A DNA stretch of 64,000 bases from Phoronis australis. Lineage: Eukaryota; Animalia; Phoronida. Of this stretch, positions 12,309 through 24,950 are shown piece after piece. Made by a program: the position numbers and the translations under genes. The first letter of the stretch is position 1, and each line of letters opens with the position of its first letter. Location of the stretch: NCBI GenBank assembly GCA_002633005.1, contig NMRA01000434.1:262001-326000 (forward strand). The letters are read 5' to 3'. The notes below the pieces were generated by a model. It was given only the letters and a program-made list of their open reading frames with translations, searched no databases and was not told the DNA's origin.

Positions 12309-15300
12309 ATGTCGGTCAAAGTGAAAACAAGCGGGTGTTTGATTTCCTCCTTACTTTTTGAGCATTGGAACAGCCCTGGAGACCAGGTTAATTATTTAAA
12401 ACATACGTGATCGTGTCCGGTAAAATTGCACTACATTTTGTGGTCCATTTTGTGATTATGCAGGTGTTTAGACATTGATGAGTGACCTGAGAATAGGATA
12501 ATGAAACTGAAAGAACAAACACGGGCATCCGCTAGACACTAAGACAGTGACCACCGTCTCTAGCTTATCAGTTGAGACGGTGAAGCACCTATGGGAGCTT
12601 CATGCGCCTCACACTGATGAAAACATCAAAGTCACGTTCTTATTATTACCTATTGCGAGAGATACCTTAGGAGGCCGTCGATGTCTTAATCCTTCCAACT
12701 CGAACAAATATTCCAGTAATCACACTTTTTCTTCTACTCTAGTAGTCCTTCGGTCAGTACCCGAAATTGGAAACTGCCCATTTTGCCCAGTGTATTGTAG
12801 GGGATATGACGTCATACCACCTACCGTGCACAGTGTTGAAAGTGGCCAGTTGCCGATTTGGCCAACTGAATGAAGTTAGATTACGGGAGCCATTTGTTCC
12901 AGTCGGAAGGAATTAAAGACATCAACTGCCTCCTAAGGTGTCCCTCCATGTGCAAAGGGTACTTATAACAATGTGACTTTGACTGTTTAATCAATGTGAG
13001 GCATAATTCGCAGAAAAATTTCTGGCGTATGAAGCGTCTATAGGAGCTTCACTGTCTGTAATTCAACTTCGAGACGGTAGTCACTGTCTAGGGTAACCGC
13101 ACATCCAGGCATTCTTCTCTGCTTGGCCAGCCAGCTAGCTGTATGAAGACTATCGTCAAAATGCAGCTAGGTACCACTGCATGTATTTCTTCCGTAGACA
13201 GTGAAATTGCACACAGCCAAGGTAGTTCTGCTCGTCACCGTGCCATGAAACTTGTATCAACATGTAAAGCTAAACACTGGACGGTGTGCATGCAAAATCT
13301 GGGAGTCAACCAACACTCACCTTGCCCGTTACAGCCGTTTAAGTGAAAAACAATTCAATAAACTTCATTTTCTTGCATAACTCTCTACCTTTTCTAACAA
13401 TGAAAAGTATTTCGTCGTTTTGAAAACAGTACACTCGTGTCACGCGCACGCACCATTTCCTAAATTTTTGCGACATCTCTCGGGAGATAATGATAGCTTG
13501 GAAGCAACAAAATTTCTTCTGAAATTCAATTTTTCGGTACCAAAATTCTAAAAACTTTTAATGAGGTGAAACCAGTTCTGATAATTTGTTGTGACGTGTA
13601 CGCAACCTCATGAAAGAACAACAGTTGATTGAAGAATCGGCGAAAAAAGAAACTGGCCAATAGGTGAGGCAAAATTTCATGGCGCCGAAAGTGGTCGCTA
13701 AAGATCGCTCCACAACTCTAGCAGCAGAATACTGGTAGAATGCCATTTTTGCCAACACCGTTAAATAATTTAAATTACTCAAGGAAGTTTTTAATGACGC
13801 TAATTTTGTGTCAGATTTTATCTTAACACTTTTTTACCCGCATCGGTGCAAAGCTGTATATTTATATACAGCTTTGTACCAAGGCTATTCTCTGCTCTGC
13901 GTTAGGCAGTACGTCACAGTTCCTACTATTGCAAGAACATAAGGTCTATGTTACTCCCCACCAGGCTACTTAGGCATTTAATGCTATGTATATCAAACAG
14001 CCATTAGTTGAATTCCGGCCACCAAGCTAGAAGTTTGCATCCATCAAAAACATGCTTTGGTTTTTCCACTCAAAGCCAAAATTGTCAGTTATAGTGGCCT
14101 GGTTGAAAATTAAACGTGTTTGTTCTCCCGCTGCACCTAAAAATGTGCACCAATTTTTTATTTAAAAAATTTCTGTTAGCAAGCTGTGTCGGTAAGTAAT
14201 GTATGCACAAGATGAAAGTACAGATTACGAAAATTCATATATGTCTCCAATGTGTTATGGCAGAGACTGAGTACGTCCCTTCTAGGTACATACGGGACAA
14301 AATTCCAAGAAATGGACCAAACAATCCACGAACAATTGTTCTTTATTCTCTTAATAGTGCCAGTGAGTTCACTCCACTTGCGTACCTTTAGTTGTAACGG
14401 GATGTATGTTAGTTTAGTGCCAAGCTCTGCTACATGAATGACCAATTCATCACAGGAGATTGCAAAATAGTTTAACTTTCTGCTGCGGCGCATGAAATTA
14501 TCAAAGCTGTTGTTTTTCATGAGTGGCAGTTTCTATGCTGCTGATTATTAGAACATTTGTGCCACTTGATAGATTAGGGTGAATGCAGTAATTTAAGACT
14601 ATATTCATACTAGACTGTGCTTACCATCTTAGCTAGGCTAGTCAAGAATGCAATCCTCTATAGCCTTCACTCCAGAAGCATTTTCAGCAAATTATGTCTC
14701 AACCTGGCTAAACATCAAAGTCACGTTTGGTGTAAGTCTGCTAGCCAGATGGGAAGAAAAAACTTGGAGTGATAGACAAGCTCGACTATAGGAGAAGCTA
14801 TGCTTCCCGTAGGTCACCAATGTTGTCACCGGTATTCCATCACCATTTTCACCTCCCCCTGTTGCCAAAGATGAGTGATATATTCTTAATTTTATTTTTC
14901 AGGAAGGTTTTTTGATTGGTGAAATTCAGAACCAGGTGACTAGTACTATAAGTGATTCTCAGATGCAGAATGTCAAAGAGGAATCTTTTACCTGTGAGTT
15001 GCATTTTATGCCGCTCATATTCAATGTGCATTAATTTTAAAGTTGTTTGCTTAGCCTGTTCACTTGGTGGAATTTATGTGTGTAACTTAAAAGTTTTGCT
15101 TTCTTGCTCAATTAAAAGTTTTGTTTTCAAGCGACTTCACCTTTGCATATTCACTACAGTATTTGAAAGCTGAAAAAGAAAATCAAACTTTTTAGATTTA
15201 GAAACCCTATTTCCCAATAACCATCACTTTTGATTGATTTCTTTTCTCTGTTCTGACACAGCGCTTATTTGTTACGGATTATTTTATCCAACTGGGAGAT

Positions 15301-18300
15301 ATTTATGTTTGCTAGTCAAACACATTGATCTTTTAGATTGTGGTCTTGGTTCACTTTTTGATTCAATTTCAAGATGTTACTCGTCGTTCTAGTTAACTTT
15401 GTTTTACTGTCTATTTACTGTATACTGTTGAAAGCCAAGACATTGTTTGTTACAGCCATCCACTCATTTTTACCATGCAACAATCTTGGCCGTTTTTACG
15501 ATGTGGCTGGTAAAGTGGATCCAGCTGAGGTGGCAGCACTTACTCGAAATGAACACAAGGTGGGGTTGTTGTTTTGTCAGTAATGGTTATACATTTTGAG
15601 GACTGGTCGTTTCCAATGAATAACAGACATCACATTGGTTCTCAAAGTCCAGTACCCCTTTAAGTTAATGATGATGCTCTTTCATTTGATCTGTGGCTGG
15701 TTCATAACACGTGACTTAATAAAACTTGTGTAAGTCAGAAATTTTGTCCACTCCCCTTTTGCAATTACTGAATACAGTTTAGCAATCTAATCAGTAGCAC
15801 ATCACGACCTGAAAAGACTTTATACAAGTTATCTCAGTAACTAGCAGTTATGGCTGTAGTCTCAGGTCGACTATGTAATTTTGCTAGAGAAGTGAGATTT
15901 AATTAATTTTAGAAATATGTGTATAGAGTGCAACACAAATTTCAGACCTAACTGTTTAATCTCTTTTCATGAACGGACTGCTGAAATAAAACTTTGAAAA
16001 TAATTTAAAGCTCTACACCACATTTGGATTATTGAAATGATTTCTGGCACTAAAGTCCACCTTTAAAGATGTATTTGCATGCTCCTAATCATGCTAATGT
16101 ACATCAGGAACTAAACAATAATGCTATTGATTAGCAACAAAGTGTAACTGTATTCATTGACAACTTGTAAATATGAAAACAAAATATTCTGTTTATAGGT
16201 GACCTTTGCACTTATGAAATACTTTAGGGACTCACGTAGCCTGCATCATACAGTGTTATTCCCCAACACCATGTCGCGATATTTACTGGACCTAGTTGAG
16301 TGATTTACGGCGGGTCGTTTTCAAAACAAAACTCGTTTTTAAAAACATTTGGCAATTTTCAACCTACTTCATATTCACATCGTCGCTATATGTTGTTTTT
16401 CTAACTTATTTGACCAATCAATCACAGAAATAAGGAATTAGCATGCAAGCTCTATTTTAAGGAGCTTTGTTTTCTAAGTTGTCCGTGCATATCACCCGTC
16501 TCGCTCTTTCTTCTCCCTCTTCCAGAATGTGATTGGCTGGTACAAGTTCCGACGTAACTCTACCCTGCGACCATCCTTACGTGAGCGATGTATCCATGCC
16601 CACCTTTCATCAATGTTCCCAGGTGTTCAGTCAAAGCAGTTTGTGTTTGCCCTGTTCTCTGCTAGCTTGACTACCAATCAATCAACACACTCATTTGATC
16701 ATACGTTTCTGCAGTTGGACAGGAGGTAAGTGAATCCCTTGTTAGTGTGTTCACTGAGTTGCACCTCTGTAGATGATTCAGGTATTTGGTTACAATCTGT
16801 CTGTCCATTCAAGCTCCAGTACATAAATGTATTGTAGATATTCACTTGTCTTGCACAAAACTAAATGCCAAAATTGTCATTTCTCTTTTTTCTAGGCTGA
16901 GTGAAGCATTTCATCAGTAATAGTGAATTTATAAAACATTTTCTTATAGGTGTAAACTACAAACTATGTGAGTCAGTGAGTTTTAAATTATCTTGATGTT
17001 AGATTTTATAAAAAATTTGACAAAATACTGTCAAATTAAAAGTTCTTGCTATCATGTGCTGAATAGACAAAGAATTGTTGTAAATGCCCCTCTTTCGAAG
17101 TAAATCTGAGTGCATCAATTTTTGCTATCCTGTTATAACTGAAACTTCCTCCTCCATGCAGCTAGTTGTGAAAAATTGACTTTTTCGCTCTTCGCCAAAA
17201 GTTTTAGGTCTATGAAAAGAACATAATGATTGCTAGCTGCTCAAATGATTAGTGTAAATTATTTCTAAACTTAGATGTGCTCTTAAATAGTCAAATGATG
17301 AAAACTTATATTTGGCTATTTTGAAGTTGGAGTGTTAGTCAAAATTTCTGACTAAGTATTTAAGTCACTTTTCATCAAACAGATCCCTGTTTTCATTTGT
17401 CATGAGCTGTTTCACCTTGCGCTTATTTCAGGGGTTTCACTGGTATACCAGTTGAAGTGATGAACCTTGGTGATTCCGTTCATCAACCTTACAAACTATC
17501 AGCCAGTAACAACTCAGGTGCCTTTGCTGACACAGTCGCGCAGTTCAAGTAAGTATCGGAGAGGTAGTGTCTGTGGGAATATTGTTATTGTAATACATGG
17601 TGATTTGTCTAGAAAACATGTCATAGTTGTTGGACGTAGTGCATTTTTTGAGGAATTTTTGCAGGGTTCGTACAGCTCCTACTCTTCATAGTTATTGAAA
17701 TGTGTTTCTTCTACCTTTATTTGTACACATGGCCATCGACCCATAGTACAACAAACAAGCAAACAAGATTATTGGAGTGCTATGCACACTAGTCAGTAAT
17801 ACACAAGCTGTTCCATTTTTCAGATGCGTAGTATACATATTTCACAACTGAGATATCGGGATTACATGATAGTCTATGAAATATGTCCTGCTTTTCTTAC
17901 TATATCTAGATTCCTACTTTATAATACTTTCTTGCTTTTTTTCTACTTTCTTCATCACTGACTCCATAAAAATTATTATATGCATGAGATGTAAGATATG
18001 TGCATTTCTGTCTCATTGGAATTATATCAATTCTTAATCACAAATGTCAAAATGTCTATTGCCAGGCCAGAATGAAATCAGCATTTTGCAAAAAAAGACC
18101 GACGCACTTTTAGATTGTTGGGATTGAGTATTAGGTTATTTTTTGTTTTTCACAAAGATCGTCAGTGTCTTACATTTTCTAATTTGGCCCTGCTCAGTGA
18201 ATTAAGCTGCCTTAAACGTGTAAGCCCCATGAGGCAGATAATTTATATTGTTTCATTAGGATACACTAAAAAATTGAATGTTCTCATCTGTTAGATGATA

Positions 18301-19703
18301 ATACAGATTCACACAAACTTAATCAAATATGTTAGTAGTAGGTGTTCTTTTCTGTTTCAAGGCTATTAGATATTGATATTTAGTCAGCTACGTGTACTAT
18401 GTGGTTCAGTAATCAATACACTGACTACTGAAATGTATATAAGTATTTCAACTTCTGTGTCAAAATGTTCCTACTTTTTCACTAGCTGCCTGTGCAAGCC
18501 CTGTTTTTGTTTCTGCTCCATCATAAAGACTGCTCATGAAGTGACATGAATATTCATGAGAAAGCTTCAATCAACTGCCATAAACATGCTGGGCAAATTG
18601 TCTTTACATGCTGGAAATTAATCTCGTTTCGTTCCATTGTTAAACATGTTTTATTAGTAGAAAAATGTTTATTTGCAGGTTTTGTACATTATTTACATGG
18701 TGTGTCTGCCTATTAATAAGCCGTAGAAATATTGTTGAAAAGTGCCAATTGTTATTACAAGTATAATTATGTTGTTCTGGAAATGAGCTAAGCTTATGGA
18801 ACATTTCCTCATTGCTGCAGTAATCGCAAATTGTACACCAGCCCACTCTACCTTGCAGAAAGTGTCTCGACCTTTCTTAACCAAAAAATTATATTTCCAT
18901 CTACAAGCAAATCATTCATTGTTGTGGCACTTAAAAAGTAGTGTCAAAACACCACCAGCCAGGAATGGCCGCCCCTTCCCAAAATTGGGCTGTCTCATAT
19001 CACTCACAGGGATCTTGTCAAGTTTCTGTAAATGGTAGGAACCTAGGCAAGGAAAATTTCACAACCAGTTTGTCAGAATTAATTGGTATATTTCATGATG
19101 CTCATACTCAGGCTGTTCCTTGCACTTTCAGGAGTCGATTTCAAAATGAAGCTGGGCAAATCAACGAAGTGGCTGCTATTCATGACATGAATGAAACTCT
19201 ACACTCTAAACTCAGTGTAAGAAAATTTATTTAATTCCTTTATATGAATTTAATATGCACTTAATGTATGTGTGACTTTGACGCGATAGGCAGAATTTCC
19301 ACTTTTTCTTCTCATCCGTACATCGATTGTCCTTTTTAAGTGTTAGTTTTTACATTTAGTCATCCTCATTGCAGTTTGTATTTCTTTCTGCCTTGATCAC
19401 CTTTATGCTTTGTTGTATTTCATTGTGTTCAATTGTATTGTATTATCATCTGGTCAGTGCATTTTAAATAAACCAAGGTGTTGATTTGGTGGTTTTATTT
19501 CTCAGTATTGGGAATATTTCACGTGATCTGGAAAAGGGCCAGACAGCTGTACACAGTTTTAATTAGGTGCATGCTGTTGTGTACAATTTCAGAATTTGGC
19601 CTATATTTTAACTGTGTTTTGATGTTTTCCTTTTGTCATCAATGTATATGATGCTCGTAGTAGAGTTTAGCGAAGTCATGTTTGTCTGTACTAATGGATC
19701 TGA

Positions 19704-19735
<32 letters not shown>

Positions 19736-22700
19736 AGTGCGTTCTGCGTGGGTGGCATTTAGAGCTCAACTTCATTGCTGTCAAGAACATAAGGGTTGGT
19801 ATAAGTATTGCTATCAATTGCCTTGTGACTAGGTTTTACACAACTTTCCTTCAAGCAGCCTGTGGTGTCTGTCTACAGGAGCTGAGCGCTTGTGTGCTAG
19901 AAAGTGAAGGGAAGCTGTCTGCTCTGTACGAGGAAGTGGAGAATCTAAGGGCTCAACTGAAACGAGAGAGGAGGCCTTTACCCAAGGCGCCAGAGGAGAC
20001 AGACGGTGAGTGGCACCCGCTACTGTGTACACTATCTACACTCGCTGATTACCTGTATGCGCTTATTAGACCCATGTAGCTGTATCAAAAATAAGCAGAT
20101 GAGAGGTGGAACCATTTGACAAAAAGGAAATTGAACACTTCTAATTTTCCATACAACTTAAAAAACATCAACTTGGGTGTTCTGCCAGACATTTGCTGAG
20201 TTCGCACGTTCTTCAGTACAAGTGTCTCGTCCTTTAATTTTTGTCTTTTGCCAACCATACGTCCTTTTTAGAGGCCTTGACTTTGGCAACCCCTCATACA
20301 GAGTTTCCTTGATTTGGCAACCTCAGTTCTAGTTTGGCGAACTCGATTGCTGGTTGCATTTGGCGAATATACAATATGCTGAATGGCAAGCCCTGCAATT
20401 TACAATATGCTGAATGCCAAGCCCTGTAATTTACAATATGCTGAATGGCAAGCCCTGTAATTTTTTAGTTAAATAGTGCTCATTAAACTGTTTTGCATAT
20501 ATGTGCATGCGCCTTAGCTTCATCAGCTTTCTCTTATGATCATGTCTTACATTGGGTATTTTTGTGTGTATTTTATCCAGTCTTACTGCTTTTCGTATAT
20601 TGGATAATGTTATAAAGAATACATATCATTGTCTGCCATTTTGTAAAGGTAGCATTAAGTTTGACTCCTAAAATAGTTTTAAAAATTCATGCAGGTGCAT
20701 TGTCCGACATACACAGATATGTGGGTTAAAAGTTGTGTAAAACTTCATGAATGACTGCTGTGTAGAACTAATCAGATTTTGTTGATGTGACTTTTTGAGC
20801 TAGAGTGGTCTAGGATTTATGGTTTGGGAAAGAGCACATCGGATTTTGCTCTGATTTTCTTTCAACTATGCAGAAATCGAATACCGTATTCGCTCTAATA
20901 AGCGTCCAGGGCGCTTAGAAAAATTCGCTTCAGGAAGGGGGGGGCGCTTATTATAGCCCAAAAGTGGTTGAAACCTGGTCTCCGAAACAGGTGAAATCGT
21001 AAGCTAGAATTCATGAAATTTACGGTCTGTAACGCATCTGTAACCTATGACAGAGTTTCTACAAAATTGCAATGCATTGCTATCAAACAAGTCCCAGTGC
21101 AAAAACTCGCCAACTGATGCGTCGCTGCCTCGTGATCACTGATAGGTCAACTTGAATCCTTGTAAAAATATAGTTTCGACTCAACATATTTCCTGAAGTC
21201 CTCCTTAAGTTTTCAAAATAGCGTCCCTAAGATTTTTAAGTTTTTGTGGAGTCTGGATTAACTGCATATTATGTCCAAATCTGCGCTAGATTGTACTCGC
21301 AACACGAGAAAAATACCTGGCCGAACACACATTTTGTCACATGATGTTTGTTCATCTGCGTATTTTGTGAGAGAACGAGCGCGTGCGTGTCATCAGATTT
21401 CATTTGCCAGAGTAAACATGATGCAGCGATTTAGGTGTGCATCGAAACTAAGGAAATTAACACACACAGTAAAGCAGAAGGTGTTTTATTTAGCACTTTT
21501 TGATCTCATCTGCTAAAAAATGTTCAAGAATTGTCTGGACCGATGTCATTGAGTCGCCGGGTGACTAGATGCATGACAGTGTAACAGTTATTTTTCTGGA
21601 GATTCAGGGGTGTAAGGGTGCGGAAGTGTTCACCATCAGTGGGTCATTTTGACTTTAAAAATACCAATTACAACTAAATTAATAATTACCCTTTAAAAAA
21701 ATAACGTTAACGTTTTACGGTATTAGAAACTTTTGGAAATAAGTGCCAGTATTTATTTCTTGCCAATGCTATGCTACCCGTTTCATGAATAGATAGTTCC
21801 TGAAGACTAATCTTCGATGACAGATTCTTGAATGTAGCGCGTGCTTCCTGGTCATGTGCTTTTAACTGAACAAAGGTCAAGTTTTCATTAGTCTTCTATT
21901 CGCGGTTTTCACGTGTACAAAGAGATTTGGATATCTGTTGAGAGAGAAGATACAATACAATCCCTTTGACAAGTACGCTGCGTCTGTTCTGAAAGGCCAG
22001 ACCATAATAGCACACGTCCCTCGCAAGATCAGCAAAACTTGCGTTCTTTTTGAAGCACGGCGGAAGTTTTAAGTGTATAGTCACGACTAAATACCGACAT
22101 AGCAGCGAGCTCGTGGTCTACTAATTCCGCGCTCAATCATTTTTTAGGACTGTCTGATCTTATTGATAAATTGGAAGACGTTACTGTAGAATTTAAGAAC
22201 TGTAGATAAGGCATTTTTCGCATGTGCATGGCATACATGGACTGGCGCTTATTTTAGCAAAGTCTGAAAACGCGTGGGGAGGGGCGCTTTAGGGGCATGG
22301 GCGCTTATTAGGGCGAATGCGGTAAGGGGAAAAGGGCAGGCCATGCCATGGATTTGGAATTATCTGTTTCACAAAATCATGACACATTTTTGTTTCTGTC
22401 ATTGTTGCCATCAATTTTCCACCCTGGGAATCACCAATTTTCCCCTTTCCACCACAGATTTAACGCTCGTGAATGACAAAAATGCCAGTTTATGAGACAA
22501 AAAGGCCCTTCAGCTGCCTCATCATATACAACAATCGAGGCCATCGTCTTCACAGTCTGGTTAACATTTGACTTTGTATACAAGATTGCATACAGAGTTC
22601 AGTGCCAGTAGTCACTCTTTAACATAATCACCTCATTGAGGCCAATGTTAGCATTTTATTTCTCTGGTGATGGGATGAAAAAATTAGTAGATTTCAAAAA

Positions 22701-24384
22701 GCATTGTTTTCTGGGGTTTTATCCAAAGTTGTAGGCATTCTCATTTGAAAGGAATTCTGAATTGTTGAATGTAATATATAGATGTGCCAGATGCTGGTCA
22801 TTTCGGTAAATTTTGCAAATTCAAAACTGCAAAATGTTGACTTTTTTTCTTACTTTGCATACTTCTATCTGCGTCAGTTAGTGGTTAAATATAATTAGAA
22901 ATATATTTTGAGCAAAGAATTCCCATTACCTGCAGATTCTCTTGATTTGTCACTTAAGGTTGTCTCCTGCTGTGTTGAGCTCAAATGTCAGGCTGTTTAC
23001 AAAATCTGATTCTTTTACCATAACCAGGTTACTGCTGGGGAGGCTTAAATTGGAGATCGTAGTAATCGCAGGTTGGGCGTTAAGCCAAGCATATGGTCTT
23101 AGCATTGTTTTGAGAAGTCTGGGGTGGGCACTTTGCCTAAAGCTGGACTTCATGTGCAAGAGTCTATTAAAAGAATAAACCATAACGCTGGTTTTGCTGA
23201 AACTGACTAATTGTTACTCAACGGTAAGCGACTTCTGAACTTATAGGGAGATAGAAACGAGCGGTCAAAAAGAAACTGGCACTTTTGAGGAAATCTCGGT
23301 TGATTTGGGGTTGGGTGGTAAGCTGAGCATGGGCACGTAAAAGGGAAAATTTGGAAGTTTGAGGGTGGCTGGAAAGCTGAACATGAGCGTTAACCCGGAT
23401 AAGTACACTTAGCCATTGGGTCTTTATTGGTAAATTCCTGCTCAGCTTGTTATCGATCAAAGAATTTAAAAGTGGTTCAGTTGACAACCTGCATGTTGCA
23501 ATTCAAATATAAAAATTACTGAAACTACACATCGTATGATCATTGTCCATTGTATTCCATTTACATTAAAAATGAAATGTACTGAGTAAACTACCCTCAA
23601 CTTAAGCGTCCATTTGCAAATCTTTACAGAAGACCTGATTGACATGGAGTTGGAGATACCTTCACCTGTACCCCCAAGAAAAAGGAGTGACAACCCTCCA
23701 CCATCCTATTCAGCAAGCACGCGTAAGCCTCTCCCACCAGAGCCCATCAATGCTAGGGACATTAGTAATGTAGTCTACACCAGTGACAATGTCAATAACA
23801 GTAACATGGCCGAACCCTCCGTGTCAACCATCGTTAACAACATCAATAGCTTTATAGGTGACAATGAAGTAATTAGCTCCAAGGAAAGTGTCATTGAGAC
23901 GAATTTAACACTCGCTGCTGCCGGGGAAACGGACCCTTTTGATTTTGTTACAGCTCTAATGAAGAACCCTGAAGAGAGCAATATGAACAGAGGTAAAAAT
24001 GGTCTGAAACACAAGCACTCAAATCAATTAAACACAACAGCTGCTCATGTTAGTAACGAGGCTAGTCTGTTCTCTGAGCGGACTGTGAGGTCACAAAGAC
24101 AAACTGAACAATCAACAATGGTTAACAGCAACTTGCCAAGGAAAGTAAACTACAGTAATCTAGGGTCAGCCACCCATGATGAAAATGTTAAAGACTCGTT
24201 GACTGTTGAAGACGGTGCAATCACCAAAAATACTGCTACAGAAGTCAAGATCACTCTCAAGCCTGGCTTTCATCATGATGCAGCTCGCCATGAGAAGAGT
24301 CCTGCACCACTAGCCGGTGAAGAAGAACTCAGTGAAGATGATGAACTCAGTAGGCTGCCAAGATCTACTTCGCCTACATTTTGA
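12309..24384 (+). CDS. ABRAXAS1: Abraxas (FAM175 family; BRCA1-A/BRISC complex MPN- scaffold subunit), ABRAXAS1-like C-terminus, ~518 aa
   Basis: Exons 12309-12386, 14903-14993, 15456-15559, 16526-16725, 17432-17548, 19132-19216, 19879-20005, 23630-24384; all GT-AG with compatible phases (1557 nt). Motifs DQEGFLIGE, TISDSQM, NVIGWYKFRRNS, SLRER, STHSFDH, IPVEVMNLG, a coiled coil, and C-terminal RSTSPTF*. Confidence 0.93.
12541..13090. mobile_element. Fold-back/MITE with long imperfect inverted arms in Abraxas intron 1
   Basis: agacagtgaccaccgtctc...ccttaggaggc...gatgtcttaatccttcc pairs with ggaaggaattaaagacatc...gcctcctaagg...gagacggtagtcactgtct over about 180-200 bp per arm. Confidence 0.75.
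16063..16460 (-). mobile_element. ~400-bp TTAA-flanked interspersed repeat, copy 1 of 3
   Basis: Reverse complement of 49284-49687 and 62252-62657 (shared caaaggtcacctat, tacaagttg, aatagcattg, ttagcat...ttagg...caaatac..ctttaa). Confidence 0.8.
19704..19727. repeat. (TG)12 microsatellite
   Basis: Read directly from the sequence. Confidence 0.95.
20370..20462. repeat. 31-bp tandem repeat x3
   Basis: tacaatatgctgaatg(g/c)caagccctg(c/t)aatt three times. Confidence 0.95.
20884..22322. mobile_element. Non-autonomous Tc1/mariner (pogo-type) element, short form
   Basis: TA | ccgtattcgctctaataagcgtcc ... gggcgcttattagggcgaatgcgg | TA. Homologous along its length to 50477-53577. Confidence 0.85.
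23017..23408. mobile_element. Highly degenerate pogo-type MITE remnant
   Basis: gcttaaattgg, gggtgggc and gcgttaacccgg motifs resemble the subterminal repeats of the 7011-9495 element. Boundaries are approximate. Confidence 0.35.
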
Positions 24385-24602
24385 ATAATGATCAAGAAAG
24401 CAGATTCCGTTGATGAATGTTGCTTTTTGCTCACTCGTAGAAATGTCAGTGCTTTATCAAAGATGTTATGTCCTTAAGGCAATCAAGAATTATGACCAAC
24501 TTTGCCATTCTTTCATGTTTAATTGTTTTTAAATGTGCTACACTCTTGGATTCAGTATCATCTGTTAAACAGCTGCATACTGTTCATGGCTCTTTTCTTG
24601 GA

Positions 24603-24950
24603 ATTAGATTTTATGTTCACATCCCTAGCTGACAACAATGTGACGATGATCAGTAGACTCATTAGATTACATGTTCACATCCCTATCTGACAACAATGTG
24701 ACGATGATCAGTGGACTCATTAGATTACATGTTCACATCCCTATCTGACAACAATGTGACTATGATCACTGGACTCATTAGATTACATGTTCACATCCCT
24801 ATCTGACAACAATGTGACGATGATCAGTGGACTCATTAGATTACATGTTCACATCCCTATCTGACAACAATGTGACTATGATCACTGGACTCATTAGATT
24901 ACATGTTCACATCCCTAGCTGACAACAATGTGACGATCTGTGGACTCATT
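24603..24950 (+). repeat. 58-bp minisatellite, ~6 copies, in the Abraxas 3' UTR region
   Basis: Unit atgttcacatcccta(g/t)ctgacaacaatgtgac(g/t)atgatca(g/c)tggactcattagattac starts at 24613, 24671, 24729, 24787, 24845 and 24903. Confidence 0.97.

Noticed and set aside
19633-20079. 148-aa ORF as a standalone gene
   Set aside because: It is Abraxas exon 7 read through flanking intron sequence and the (TG)n repeat.
22497-22518. Histone stem-loop-like aaaaaggcccttcagctgcc near the SLBP gene
   Set aside because: The 6-bp stem and 4-nt loop are not formed, it is intronic, and no histone ORF is upstream.
24603-24950. CRISPR-like array or tandem C/D snoRNAs (ATGA...CTGA in the unit)
   Set aside because: Units are contiguous with no unique spacers, the context is eukaryotic, and there is no proper RUGAUGA box C or terminal stem.
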